Source: Candidatus Moraniibacteriota bacterium (GTDB lineage Bacteria; Patescibacteriota; Minisyncoccia; Moranbacterales; UBA1568). From it: a DNA stretch of 64,000 nucleotides. Location: contig JAHFON010000002.1 of the NCBI GenBank assembly GCA_023261695.1, forward strand, positions 11,467 through 75,466, in the 5' to 3' direction. Made by a program: the position numbers and the translations under genes. This document shows positions 27,410 through 37,475 of the stretch, in pieces. Within the stretch, counting starts at the first letter, position 1. The number at the start of each line of letters is the position of its first letter. The notes below the pieces were generated by a model that did no database searches, had not been told where the DNA came from, and was given only the letters and a program-made list of their open reading frames with translations.

Positions 27410-29236
27410 TTATTTTTCCACCTTGATAACTTTAATAAAATTGCCAGGATGGTTGCCGATGAAAAGTTGCCAGTCCGGATTTGAAACATTGTAGTATTTG
27501 TAGGCGGTGAGACCGGATTTCATTTCCCAGTTATCGTATTTGGACATATAGCGGATGCCGCCGCGGCGGGTAAGGACGTAGTAATCCGGCTTGATTTTTT
27601 CCTTGTCGAAAGTGTAGGCGGTTAAGCATCGGCCGACAAAAAATTCGCAGACACCATAATAATCCGACCAGATTGCGGAATTTTTGGCGTTTGGTAATGT
27701 ATTGAGATATTGAGCCGCCTCGTAGCCGCCATAGCCCCAGGCGTCATTGATGATTATCTTTTGCGGCAAAAGAAGGTTAGTGTAATTAAAATAAAATGGT
27801 CTGATGAAAATAATACTGACAACGGAGGCTATGAAAATAAGAGCAGTAATGAGAAGTTTACTTAAGGGATATTTTGCGAAACGTTTTGCAATATGCCAGA
27901 AGCCGAGAGCGGCGAGCACGGAGAAAATGGGGTAGAGCAGGATGGTATAGCGTACGGTGGCGAGGATATTGGAATGTAAAAGAATGCTGATATAAATGAG
28001 AATGAGAAGCGGCAAAAGAGAAGAGAGAAATAGATACTGATTGTTTTTAGAACGCAGGGTGTGTATCCAGAGGTTGCCTAATCCGAAGAGCGTGATGGGA
28101 GTAAGCGAAAAGACGAGCGGCGACCATTCAAGCAGAAAAGATTGAAAAGTATTGAGCGGTATTCCGTAATAGCGTGAGTTGGTGATGTTTTTAATGTCAA
28201 AAGGAATTTGAGTGAAAATGTTCCAGTCAGGAAACAGGTGGCGTGTGAGGATGACAAACGTGAAAAGAAACAGAAAGAAAGCTGGAATGACAAAAGCAAA
28301 GTGCAAATGTTTCCGGCAGAAGGCGCGTAGTTTGATCAGGAATCTACTGTGAAAAAAACAGGTGTCAATGAGGAAGAGTATAAGAGGAACACTGGCGGCG
28401 ATAAGCGGAGGTGTTTTATCGGGAATGGTAGCGAAAAAAAGTCCGAGAGTTTTGGGGTTGAGCAGAATAGCCGGGAGGAAAAAACAGAGGATGCCAAGCG
28501 CTACGATTGCGATGATGCTGAAAGAGAAAAGTTGGCGGAGAAGCGTTGCGCGCGGTGTCGGCAGTTCCTCATCAGGAGCAATGAGGAAATAGGCAGTGAT
28601 AAGGAGAAGGTAAAACGGCAGAAGAATGATGGCGGTATATTTGGAGAGAAGAGCTAGCCCGGTAAAGAGAGCGGCTAGTGCGATATATTTTTTTTCCGGA
28701 TATTTGAGGACGACGAGGAAAGAAAAAATCCCGATACTGCCGAAAGACCAGAGCAGCGCATCCGGGTTTACGATTTGTGAAATACCGAGCAAGATAGGCG
28801 AGAGAGCGATGAGCATAGTGCTCCAGAGAGCGATCCAAGAATTGGTGAGCTTGGAGATGAGGAAGAAGCAAAGAATCAAAAGTACCCCGTTGATAAGCAG
28901 AATAGGAAGACGAAAGGCAAAATAGAGAGTTTCTGTTTCGTCTGTTTTGCAGGTATAAAATTTATCATCATTTTGTTCACAATGTTTTGTAGAATCTGGG
29001 TGCAAGAAATATCCGATTCCCGATACCAGTGCCAGACTGACGCCGGGTTTGTCGTTGATGAAAGTTTTTTTCCACTTGTGTTCCGCAATGGCCTTCCAGT
29101 ATTGCGGGATGCGTTCATAGACCCAATAATGTTCGTCGGCCGTGATGAACTGCGTGACGTGATACAAGCCAAAAGCAAAATAACTCACAAGTATGAGTCC
29201 GAGAAACAGGTGTCTGATGTTGAAGAATGAGTGCAT
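27410..29236 (-). CDS. polytopic membrane glycosyltransferase, GT39/ArnT-PMT-like
   Basis: 608 aa with more than 10 TM helices and a C-terminal soluble domain, typical of GT-C family 39 enzymes. Family assignment is from architecture only. Confidence 0.45.
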   Translation of the reverse strand: MHSFFNIRHLFLGLILVSYFAFGLYHVTQFITADEHYWVYERIPQYWKAIAEHKWKKTFINDKPGVSLALVSGIGYFLHPDSTKHCEQNDDKFYTCKTDETETLYFAFRLPILLINGVLLILCFFLISKLTNSWIALWSTMLIALSPILLGISQIVNPDALLWSFGSIGIFSFLVVLKYPEKKYIALAALFTGLALLSKYTAIILLPFYLLLITAYFLIAPDEELPTPRATLLRQLFSFSIIAIVALGILCFFLPAILLNPKTLGLFFATIPDKTPPLIAASVPLILFLIDTCFFHSRFLIKLRAFCRKHLHFAFVIPAFFLFLFTFVILTRHLFPDWNIFTQIPFDIKNITNSRYYGIPLNTFQSFLLEWSPLVFSLTPITLFGLGNLWIHTLRSKNNQYLFLSSLLPLLILIYISILLHSNILATVRYTILLYPIFSVLAALGFWHIAKRFAKYPLSKLLITALIFIASVVSIIFIRPFYFNYTNLLLPQKIIINDAWGYGGYEAAQYLNTLPNAKNSAIWSDYYGVCEFFVGRCLTAYTFDKEKIKPDYYVLTRRGGIRYMSKYDNWEMKSGLTAYKYYNVSNPDWQLFIGNHPGNFIKVIKVEK

Positions 29237-29308
29237 AATCTTCCGTTAGCATAGCAGTTGTGATAGTATAAGAGCAAACGCTTCATCCCATTCCAATTTT
29301 TTACATTT

Positions 29309-29776
29309 ATGATCTTACCATACAAGTCAGCACGTTATTTTTTCTTGAGCCTTTTTATATTTTCTTTCACGCTGATGGCTTTACCATTACCGGCGGGCGC
29401 TGCGATAGTTCCTTGTGGACGATCAAGTAACGACGCTCCTGCTGAAGAAAAAAAACCTTGCACTATTTGTCACTTGGTGGTCGGCGGTAATAGAATTATT
29501 AAGTGGGGTTTGACAGTAATGACTTTTATAGCGATAGCCGTGATCGTGGCGATGGCGATTTTTTATATCGTGTCTACCGGCAACGAGGGAATGATGCAGA
29601 CCGCGAAAGGCGGCATTACGGCGGCGCTGGTCGGTTTCGCCATAATGCTGGCGGCGTGGCTGATCGTGAATACGACATTGAGAATTTTCACGGCCACAAT
29701 TCCTGGTCTTACGGTCTCAAGTACAGGGTTTAGCTTTACCTGCGATACCACTTCTTCAGCTGGCTCGGCTCAATAA
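29309..29776 (+). CDS. TrbC/VirB2-like (T4SS-pilin-like, PF18895-type) small membrane protein, paralog 1
   Basis: Signal peptide plus two C-terminal hydrophobic helices with a conserved loop (YIVSTGNEGMMQTAKGGI). Shared with four downstream paralogs. Confidence 0.55.
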   Translation: MILPYKSARYFFLSLFIFSFTLMALPLPAGAAIVPCGRSSNDAPAEEKKPCTICHLVVGGNRIIKWGLTVMTFIAIAVIVAMAIFYIVSTGNEGMMQTAKGGITAALVGFAIMLAAWLIVNTTLRIFTATIPGLTVSSTGFSFTCDTTSSAGSAQ

Positions 29777-29859
29777 AATGATATGCGCAGATATTAAATA
29801 TGAGAAAAATTGAGATTTCTCTACATAAGGAGCGATATTTGAAGTAGCACTACGCGGGT

Positions 29860-30153
29860 ATGTTTGATTTTTTCCTCATAGATACGGCATTCGCCGCCGG
29901 TTCCATTACCAACGCGCCGCAAGTAGCGGATATACTTTTGAACATATTGTATTTTTTATTGTCAATCGTGGGAATTGTTGCTATAATCGGGTTGGTAGTG
30001 GCGGGGGGGTTTTATTTGACGGCCGGCGGCAATGAGCAGCGTATAACTCTTGCAAAACGCGCGTCGCTCGCGTCCGTCATCGGAGTCATTGTGGCGTTGG
30101 GAGCGCTGGTGATAGTCAGCCAGTTGACGAAGTTTTTCTTGATGCCACTTTGA
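29860..30153 (+). CDS. TrbC/VirB2-like pilin-family protein, paralog 2
   Basis: LNILYFLLSIVGIVAIIGLVVAGGFYLTAGGNEQRI...VIGVIVALGALVIV matches the paralog consensus. Confidence 0.55.
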   Translation: MFDFFLIDTAFAAGSITNAPQVADILLNILYFLLSIVGIVAIIGLVVAGGFYLTAGGNEQRITLAKRASLASVIGVIVALGALVIVSQLTKFFLMPL

Positions 30154-30229
30154 TTTCGCGCGATGTTTCTCGTCTGGTTCGCTTACGAATTATAAAATCA
30201 AAAATAAAACAGAAAGGAGGTGAGACGTT

Positions 30230-30598
30230 ATGAAACAAATTAGACAAGTATTATATGCGGCTTTCGCGGTTGCTCTTACGACAGCCCCGGTTGTGGCGAG
30301 CGCTGACTGGAATTCGGGGTTTCAGAATGCTCAAGGTTCACAATTGCCGAGAGGTAGCATTTATAACATTATTCAGTCAACGATGAATTGGCTTTTGGCC
30401 ATTCTCGGTTTTATCGGCATTATCGGGTTTGTGATTGCAGGTATCCTCTATCTCACCGCCGCCGGCAGTGAAGAGCAAATAGAAAAGGCTAAGAGCGCTA
30501 TGTTGTATTCCATCATTGGTATCGTAGTTGCACTTCTCGGTTTCGTCATTATCAAAGCAGTAGACACCTGGTTGCAAGGCAGTGCGTCGGCATTCTAA
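30230..30598 (+). CDS. TrbC/VirB2-like pilin-family protein, paralog 3
   Basis: RBS aaaggaggtgagacgttATG. NWLLAILGFIGIIGFVIAGILYLTAAGSEEQIEKAK... Confidence 0.6.
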   Translation: MKQIRQVLYAAFAVALTTAPVVASADWNSGFQNAQGSQLPRGSIYNIIQSTMNWLLAILGFIGIIGFVIAGILYLTAAGSEEQIEKAKSAMLYSIIGIVVALLGFVIIKAVDTWLQGSASAF

Positions 30599-30725
30599 AT
30601 TATCGCCGAGCATTTATTTTTTGGACAGGTGCGAATAAAATACCTTGCAGTAAACTAGCGAGGTATTTTATTTTTTCTCAAAATAGAGTAATATGGAAGC
30701 ACGCTGAAGTTGTAAAAACAAAAAT

Positions 30726-31124
30726 ATGTTGCGTTTGTCTTTTTTGAGTTTATTGTTTTTGGCGGGCGTGGTTTTTTTGTCTTTTAATATTCCTGTGGTT
30801 GAGGGTTCCGTCGTCTGTACTGGAGCTCAAGATATAGGACCAGGTGGCATCTGCATTCCCAATAATACGGGGCTCGCCGATAAGCCGGCGGCGGATATTC
30901 TCAAGGGGCTGATGAATTGGCTTTTAATCATTTTGGGATTTATCGGGATTATAGCGTTTGTGATTTCCGGCATGCAGTATCTTTTGGCGGCAGGCAGTGA
31001 GGATATGGTAGAAACAGCCAAGCGCAATATGTTGTATTCTATCGTGGGTATTGTCGTGGCGCTCTCTGGTTTGGTGATTATTATGGCGATTAATCAGGCA
31101 CTCCGCGGTAGCAGTGCGTTTTAA
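30726..31124 (+). CDS. TrbC/VirB2-like pilin-family protein, paralog 4
   Basis: NWLLIILGFIGIIAFVISGMQYLLAAGSEDMVETAK... is nearly identical in pattern to paralog 3. Confidence 0.6.
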   Translation: MLRLSFLSLLFLAGVVFLSFNIPVVEGSVVCTGAQDIGPGGICIPNNTGLADKPAADILKGLMNWLLIILGFIGIIAFVISGMQYLLAAGSEDMVETAKRNMLYSIVGIVVALSGLVIIMAINQALRGSSAF

Positions 31125-31143
31125 GAGTCTAAAGTTTTAACTT

Positions 31144-31905
31144 ATGTTTGCTGAAAAGTTTTTCGTTTGGGATAAATACTTATTGCTGGCGCTTGCTGTT
31201 TTTTTAGGCGTTCTTTTTTTCGCACCGCGCGTTTTGGCTGGGACCTGTGCGAGTGCTGGTGGACAATGTGTGGCGAGCGGAACTCCTTGTCCTTCTGGTA
31301 CGAATCCGTCAGGCGCGTGTACTATTGCTGATGATAATTTTACTGGTACTTGTTGTAAGAATCCAGCTCCCCCTAGCGGAGGCGGTAGTATAGAGTTTAA
31401 AAATCCTCTCGCGTACGATACAGTAGAAGGGGTGCTGAACAGCATCCTTGGCACATTGAGGAGCATAATCGTAACTCTGTCTCTGGTCTTCATTGTGGTG
31501 GGCGCGGTGATGTATATCGTATCGTCGGGCAATGACAAGATGATGACACTGGCCAAAGGCGCCATCACGGCCGCTATGATCGGGCTGGCTATTGGCTTGG
31601 CCGCCCCGTCCTTCCTCCTGGAAATCGGAAAAGTGCTCGGTTGGGGAGCTGTGAATAGCGGTCCTGTAGCCGACGCGCTCACTTTGTCTCAAATTGCTCT
31701 CAATGTGCTGGACTTCTTGCTTTCCATCGTGGGTATTTTGGCGATTATTATGCTGGTAGTGGGCGGTATAATGTATCTGACGTCCGCCGGTGATGAGGAT
31801 CGTATGGAGACCGGCAAGAAAATTGTGATTTATTCAATTGTCGGTATATTTGTGGCTTTGGCTGCTTTAGTGATTGTGAAACAGATTACCAATTTTTTCG
31901 TATAA
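31144..31905 (+). CDS. TrbC/VirB2-like pilin-family protein with Cys-rich N-terminal region and two tandem pilin domains, paralog 5
   Basis: Two copies of the ...VGAVMYIVSSGNDKMMTLAKGAI... / ...VGGIMYLTSAGDEDRMETGKKIV... module within one 253-aa ORF. Confidence 0.55.
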   Translation: MFAEKFFVWDKYLLLALAVFLGVLFFAPRVLAGTCASAGGQCVASGTPCPSGTNPSGACTIADDNFTGTCCKNPAPPSGGGSIEFKNPLAYDTVEGVLNSILGTLRSIIVTLSLVFIVVGAVMYIVSSGNDKMMTLAKGAITAAMIGLAIGLAAPSFLLEIGKVLGWGAVNSGPVADALTLSQIALNVLDFLLSIVGILAIIMLVVGGIMYLTSAGDEDRMETGKKIVIYSIVGIFVALAALVIVKQITNFFV

Positions 31906-31978
31906 TTTTTTTTGAGAAAAAGAAAACGACGGGACAATGAGTATTATCATCGCCCGCCGTTTGTCGTCGTCTTACCTC

Positions 31979-32923
31979 TTACCTGAAATTTGCCCGCAAG
32001 GTTTGCGGGTCAATTGTTTTCTCCAACACCTCCTTGGGCAAGGCGTAAGAGACTTCCACTTTACCCGTGCTCTCAACTTCAAGGCTTTCGTTCGGTGGCG
32101 TTCCATTCATCCGAACGTAGCTGGTTATATCTTGATCTTCTCCATTGATCCGGATGTATTGTTTTTCCGGAATGGAGAATTTTCTTCGCCCTGGTTTTAT
32201 GCCGCCCAACTTTTGCGGCTGGAGCGATTTCACCTCGAACTCCACTGTTTTGGAATAGGTGAGGTCGCTGACGATATTATTCAGTGGTCGCGGTTTTTCT
32301 TCCGCGAACACTTGGTGGAATGACGCCAGCGCTCCGATCACAAGTACCGCGATTGTAATGCGCCGGTACCATTTAGTTGCGCCACCCAAAGCAAATGACC
32401 ACATTCCAATACCAGCTAGAGCGGGAAAGAAAACCAGCGCTGCGGTCGGATGGTTGACTTGCCATAACTCCAACACCGTCCCGGTCGCGATGGCTACTAT
32501 TAGGAAATGCGCCGGTAGTTTAAGCGCCGACACACAAGCTTGCCATCCTTGCTTCGCAATTTCACTGATCTGGATGTCTGGGAATACCACCGCTTCATCC
32601 AGGAATATATTTCTCCACGACCAGTTGTAACCAACCAGTTTCCACCCAGCGCCAGCTCCAAACATTGTCAAGAATGTTGCTGGTGTTGACATATAGAATC
32701 CCAGCACAAGCATAATCGCCATGTTGACGATAGCGATTATCAGCGGAGCCCCCGCATAACTCATCATCACATCAATGACAATGACGAGTATCAGGGATGG
32801 CACACCAATCCAGTACAGCGTCTTGTGCAACCTGACTGCTTCTTGATAGATTTCCTCTGGGGTATTAGTTGCCCCAGTGAAAAATCTTCTCGCCCGTTCT
32901 CTAGCAGTAGCAGTAGTAGGCAT
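31979..32923 (-). CDS. hypothetical polytopic membrane protein
   Basis: Multiple TM helices. No motif recognised. Confidence 0.4.
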   Translation of the reverse strand: MPTTATARERARRFFTGATNTPEEIYQEAVRLHKTLYWIGVPSLILVIVIDVMMSYAGAPLIIAIVNMAIMLVLGFYMSTPATFLTMFGAGAGWKLVGYNWSWRNIFLDEAVVFPDIQISEIAKQGWQACVSALKLPAHFLIVAIATGTVLELWQVNHPTAALVFFPALAGIGMWSFALGGATKWYRRITIAVLVIGALASFHQVFAEEKPRPLNNIVSDLTYSKTVEFEVKSLQPQKLGGIKPGRRKFSIPEKQYIRINGEDQDITSYVRMNGTPPNESLEVESTGKVEVSYALPKEVLEKTIDPQTLRANFR

Positions 32924-32958
32924 AGCCTCCTCCCATTAGTTATAATTTTGTCGTTTCG

Positions 32959-33915
32959 TTAATGGAACAAAATGCCAGAAAGGATCGTTAAGAATGCCAC
33001 CCCCACTATAATCGTTATAATTCTTCTGCTTCTGGGTGTTATTCTTTTTCGATCGCCTGTTCGGATTCGTCTTGCGCGGCGTTCCTCACGTGCTTGCAAA
33101 TGCTGGAGACGTAATTTTTGCAGTTGTTTTTCCGAGCTTCGTGTATGTCGCTTCCCAATTCGCTCGTATGTTTTTCCGAGCCGGAAGCGCAGCACTTCTT
33201 CGAGGCCAGCCTCCAATGTTTTTTCGGCCTCTTCTTTGATTTGTTGGCGCATCTTGCCCGTTGTTAGGAACCCGTCAGCCTCCAGCGAATCAATCACCGA
33301 AGCGATAGCTTGAGCTTCGGTTACATTTACATTTATCTGGGCTGACACCAACCCGGCAAGACGTTTGAGATATAAAATCCTCAAATCCTTGTCGGTGAAG
33401 CGCGGATCGTTTTTACGGATCACAGTTTCCTGAGGTCCATCCGACTTTCCCGGTTTCTTTTCGTCACGTTGAGCTTTGGAGGCGCCGCTAGCCCCTTTAT
33501 CTTGATCTGGCGGGACCTGTGCTTTTTTTGTGACGACTTCCTCTGTCACCCGATTGGGCATAATGAGGACGCCGACACGAAACGAGTCTACACGCCTACC
33601 CCGATCTTCATCATCGCGACGTTTCATTTCCGCGACGAGTTTCTGTATGACGCTGAAAGTACCAGCGTCCACAAGGGTCATCATGGCCTGCCAATAGCTG
33701 TCGTCCACTTTTGTGAACTTTTCCGTAAGCAGACCTTTTGGAAGAGTGTCGTCGCTTTTGATTTCAGACGACGCTTTAACACCCTGCCCTCTTCCTCTGC
33801 TAAATAGTCCATCCAGCCCTTTGATGCCGAGTATATTCATCCAACCTCCGACATCTCCGGCAACGTCTAGGGTCCCACTTACAAACTCCAGTATTTTTTT
33901 TACGAAGCCAAACAT
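32959..33915 (-). CDS. hypothetical protein
   Basis: ORF track. Charged, low-complexity C-terminal half. Confidence 0.35.
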   Translation of the reverse strand: MFGFVKKILEFVSGTLDVAGDVGGWMNILGIKGLDGLFSRGRGQGVKASSEIKSDDTLPKGLLTEKFTKVDDSYWQAMMTLVDAGTFSVIQKLVAEMKRRDDEDRGRRVDSFRVGVLIMPNRVTEEVVTKKAQVPPDQDKGASGASKAQRDEKKPGKSDGPQETVIRKNDPRFTDKDLRILYLKRLAGLVSAQINVNVTEAQAIASVIDSLEADGFLTTGKMRQQIKEEAEKTLEAGLEEVLRFRLGKTYERIGKRHTRSSEKQLQKLRLQHLQAREERRARRIRTGDRKRITPRSRRIITIIVGVAFLTILSGILFH

Positions 33916-34228
33916 AGCTCCCCCCTTCCACTTAACTTATCATCAGTTGTCAATGAGCCAGAGACGGGGAACCCGCCTCGTTACAATCAGACTTTTTGTC
34001 CAACTTTGTAACCTTGTATTTTACACTAAAAAACGAAAAACGTCAATACGACAAAAATGGCTTTAGAATGGGATAAAATTGACGTTTGACAAAAGTCAGC
34101 GCGTCAGCTATTATAGTTGCATAAGTATGAGATTCTGTGTATGAAAGTTCGCTATAAGCGAGCTTTTTTCATTCAGAGCCAGCCGACATAATCATTGAGA
34201 GGAAAATTAATTTTATAAAAGTGAAAGT

Positions 34229-35554
34229 ATGCCAAAGAGAAAAGTTATAAAAGTGGAAGACGAGGCCGCTGAAGAGAGCAGTCTTTCCGGCCGTTTGGGA
34301 GAATTTGGAAGCGCGGTGATGCAGATCGCCGAAGAAAAAGGTATTTCCAAAGAACGGGTGTTGGAAGTGGTGGAGGCGGCGCTGGCGGCGGCCTACAAGA
34401 GAGACTACGGTAAAAAAGGCCAAGTGATTCGCGCACAGTTTGATGAGGTAAGCAAGGAAACGAAATTTTTTCTGGTGAAAGAAGTTGTGGATGAAACCAC
34501 GCGCGAGTTTGCGGAGGAACCCGACCAAACGGCTTTGCAGACCGGAACGAGCAAAGATGAAATTATTGATTCCGTTGAATCTGACGCGGACCGTTTGCCG
34601 CGTTTCAATCTGGAGCGCGATATACTAATGGCGGAAGCTAAAAAGCTGAAGAAAGGCATCAAGCTGGGTGAAACTATAGACCTGCCGCTGGAAACGCACA
34701 ATGAATTTGGTCGCGTGGCCGCCCAGACCGCCAAGCAAGTAATTATTCAGCGTATTCGCGAAGCCGAACGCGAGAATATGTTTGAAGAGTACAAGGAGAA
34801 AGAAGGTCAAGTCGTGAGCGGCATAGTCCAGCGCGTGGAAGGACGCAATGTGTTTGTGGATTTAGGCAAATCCATCGGTATTTTGTTTCCTTCGGAACAA
34901 ATTGAAGGAGAAAATTATCGTATCGGCAAACACCTGAAAGTTTATCTGGTGCGTGTGGAGTCGGACACCAAGGGGCCGGGACTGCTTCTGTCGCGCGCGC
35001 ATCCGGAAATGGTGAGGCATCTCTTTACGCTGGAAGTGCCGGAAATTTTTACCGGTACTGTGAAGATCAAGGCCATTGCCCGCGAAGCCGGATCGCGCAC
35101 CAAGATCGCGGTATTTTCGGCGGAAGAGGGAGTGGATCCGATCGGTTCCTGCGTGGGACAAAAAGGCACACGCGTGCAGGCGATTATTGACGAACTCGGA
35201 GGCGAGAAAATCGACATCATTGAGTGGAAAGAAGACACGGGAAAATTTATCAGCGCCGCATTGTCGCCGGCCAAGGTGCTGAATGTCAAATTATTTGAAA
35301 AAGAAAAACGCGCTTTAGTGACGGTGCCGCAAGATCAGCTGTCTTTGGCTATCGGCCGGCGCGGTCAGAACGTGCGTTTGGCGGCCAAACTGACAGATTG
35401 CAAAATTGATGTTACGGCCGATACCGTTTCGGAGGAAACTGTAGCCGAAAGTGAAGCTGTGCCGGAAGCCACCGAAGAAGCTGCGCCAGCGGTTATTGAA
35501 GAAGTCGTTGAAAAAGCGGATCCAGTTTCCGAATCTGAAGCAACGAAAGAGTAA
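34229..35554 (+). CDS. nusA: transcription termination/antitermination factor NusA
   Basis: NusA N-domain, an S1-like region (VSGIVQRVEGRNVFVDLG), tandem KH domains, and an acidic C-terminal tail. Confidence 0.85.
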   Translation: MPKRKVIKVEDEAAEESSLSGRLGEFGSAVMQIAEEKGISKERVLEVVEAALAAAYKRDYGKKGQVIRAQFDEVSKETKFFLVKEVVDETTREFAEEPDQTALQTGTSKDEIIDSVESDADRLPRFNLERDILMAEAKKLKKGIKLGETIDLPLETHNEFGRVAAQTAKQVIIQRIREAERENMFEEYKEKEGQVVSGIVQRVEGRNVFVDLGKSIGILFPSEQIEGENYRIGKHLKVYLVRVESDTKGPGLLLSRAHPEMVRHLFTLEVPEIFTGTVKIKAIAREAGSRTKIAVFSAEEGVDPIGSCVGQKGTRVQAIIDELGGEKIDIIEWKEDTGKFISAALSPAKVLNVKLFEKEKRALVTVPQDQLSLAIGRRGQNVRLAAKLTDCKIDVTADTVSEETVAESEAVPEATEEAAPAVIEEVVEKADPVSESEATKE

Positions 35555-35597
35555 AATATTCTAAAATAAAAAATCTTAAATCTTAAATCAAAATAAT

Positions 35598-36128
35598 ATG
35601 AACTTGTGGCATGAAATTTCAGCCGGTAAAGAGTCCCCGAATCTCATCAATGTGATTATTGAGATTCCCAAGGGCTCAAAGAACAAATACGAGATTGACA
35701 AAGAGAACGGTCTGATCAAATTGGATCGCGCGATGAAATCTTCACAAGATTATCCGTTTGATTACGGTTTTGTGCCGCAATCTTATTGGGAAGATGATGA
35801 TCCGCTGGATGTGGTTCTCTTGACCACTTATCCTTTATCCCCGGGAATTTTAGTGGAGGCGCGGCCGGTGGCTGTGATGTGGATGAAAGATGGCGGCGAT
35901 GGCGATGACAAGATTATTGCCGTGCCGAAAAACGATCCTCGTTGGGATGAGGTAAAAGATCTCGCGGATGTCAACAAGCACACCATCAAAGAAATTCAGC
36001 ATTTTTTTGAGACTTACAAGTCCATTGAAGGCAAGGAGGTCAAAGTGAGCGGCGTTGATGGACGAGAACGGGCGTTGGAGATTATCAAGAAGGGGCTTGA
36101 GATGTATCGTGAAAAATTCAGCAAGTGA
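35598..36128 (+). CDS. ppa: inorganic pyrophosphatase
   Basis: Family I PPase signature (KYEIDKENG...DPLDVVLL). Confidence 0.9.
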   Translation: MNLWHEISAGKESPNLINVIIEIPKGSKNKYEIDKENGLIKLDRAMKSSQDYPFDYGFVPQSYWEDDDPLDVVLLTTYPLSPGILVEARPVAVMWMKDGGDGDDKIIAVPKNDPRWDEVKDLADVNKHTIKEIQHFFETYKSIEGKEVKVSGVDGRERALEIIKKGLEMYREKFSK

Positions 36129-36131
36129 TTT

Positions 36132-37421
36132 ATGGACACAGTTGTAAAAAAACTTCCCAAATCAAAAGTGGAATTGCGAATTTCTCTCCCGTGGGAAGAA
36201 TGGAAGGGGGAAATTGAACACGCGGCGGAACATCTGGCGCGAGAAATAAAAGTGCCCGGTTTTCGTCCCGGCAAAGCGCCGCGCGCCGTGATGGAAAAGC
36301 GTTTGGGTAGGGAAGCTATTTTGAATGAAGCGGCAGAACATATTGTCTCGCATTCTTATTCAAAAGCGCTGGCGCAAGAAAAGGTACAGGCGATCGGTGC
36401 TCCGGAAGTGAAGTTAGGAAAATTGACGGAGGGCGAAACTCTGGAATATGTCGTTACCGTCGCAGCTTTGCCTGAAGTGGTACTTAGTCCGTGGCGGGAC
36501 GCAGTGAAAAACGTGAACGCGGAGTTTGCCAAACATCAAGAAATTGTGGAAGAGAAAGAAATTGACACGGAGCTAGAGAAGCTGGCCGCGATGCGCGCGA
36601 AATTGGTGACCGTGAATCGCGAAGCCAGACTGGGCGACAGCGTCTTGGTGGACTTTTCCGTTTTGCAAGACGGAGTATTGATAGAAAACGGCAAGGGCGA
36701 AAAGCACCCGCTGGTTTTAGGTAGCGGCGTCTTTATTCCCGGATTTGAAGAAAAACTTTTGGGTATGCGGGCGAACGAAGAAAAGTCTTTTGATCTGACG
36801 TTTCCCAAAGAGTATTACGCCAAGCGTTTGGCGGGTAAGAAGGCGACATTTCAGGTGAAAATAAATGTGGTGCAGGAACGCGACTTGCCGACGGTGGATG
36901 ACGCGTTTGCTAAAGGTCTAGGAAATTTTGAATCTCTGGAAAAATTAAAGGAAAATATGCGCGAGGGGATGCCGGAGGAAAAGAAGATAAAAAGAGAGGA
37001 AGATCATCGCGCTAAAATTCTTGACGCGCTTGCGGAAAAATCAGAAATTGAACACCCGGACATTCTCGTAGAGGAAGAACTGAAGCGTATGGCGCGCGTT
37101 CTTCAAGCGCAAGCAGAGTCAATGGGACTCAATTTTTCCGAATATCTGGTTCAAATGCAAAAAACAGAAGCTGATCTGAAAAAAGAATGGGAACCGCAGG
37201 CGAAAAAGATGTTGGCTGTGAATTTGATTTTGGATGTTTTGGCCAAAGAAGAGGAAATAGACGTGGATAGTCCGGAGGTGGAAGCGGAAATGAATAAGAC
37301 GCTCGCGCAGTATCAAAATATCAAGGACATCAAGAAAAAAATTGATATGGAGCGTCTCTACATCTCCGCGCGTAACCAATTATTGCAAGAGAAAACTCTC
37401 TCTTGGCTGAAATCTTTGTAG
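36132..37421 (+). CDS. tig: trigger factor
   Basis: N-terminal ribosome-binding GFRPGKAPRAVME motif, an FKBP-type PPIase middle domain, and a C-terminal arm. Confidence 0.85.
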   Translation: MDTVVKKLPKSKVELRISLPWEEWKGEIEHAAEHLAREIKVPGFRPGKAPRAVMEKRLGREAILNEAAEHIVSHSYSKALAQEKVQAIGAPEVKLGKLTEGETLEYVVTVAALPEVVLSPWRDAVKNVNAEFAKHQEIVEEKEIDTELEKLAAMRAKLVTVNREARLGDSVLVDFSVLQDGVLIENGKGEKHPLVLGSGVFIPGFEEKLLGMRANEEKSFDLTFPKEYYAKRLAGKKATFQVKINVVQERDLPTVDDAFAKGLGNFESLEKLKENMREGMPEEKKIKREEDHRAKILDALAEKSEIEHPDILVEEELKRMARVLQAQAESMGLNFSEYLVQMQKTEADLKKEWEPQAKKMLAVNLILDVLAKEEEIDVDSPEVEAEMNKTLAQYQNIKDIKKKIDMERLYISARNQLLQEKTLSWLKSL

Positions 37422-37475
37422 AATAATGAGTCGGTGAGAACCATAAGTTGTCTATAATAATTTATTCCAATCAAT

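Noticed and set aside
31137-31692. 181-aa and 127-aa minus ORFs opposite pilin paralog 5
   Set aside because: Antisense to a gene with a clear family pattern. Compositionally biased.
34169-35289. Minus-strand ORFs (119, 109, 115 aa) opposite nusA
   Set aside because: Antisense to a high-confidence gene.
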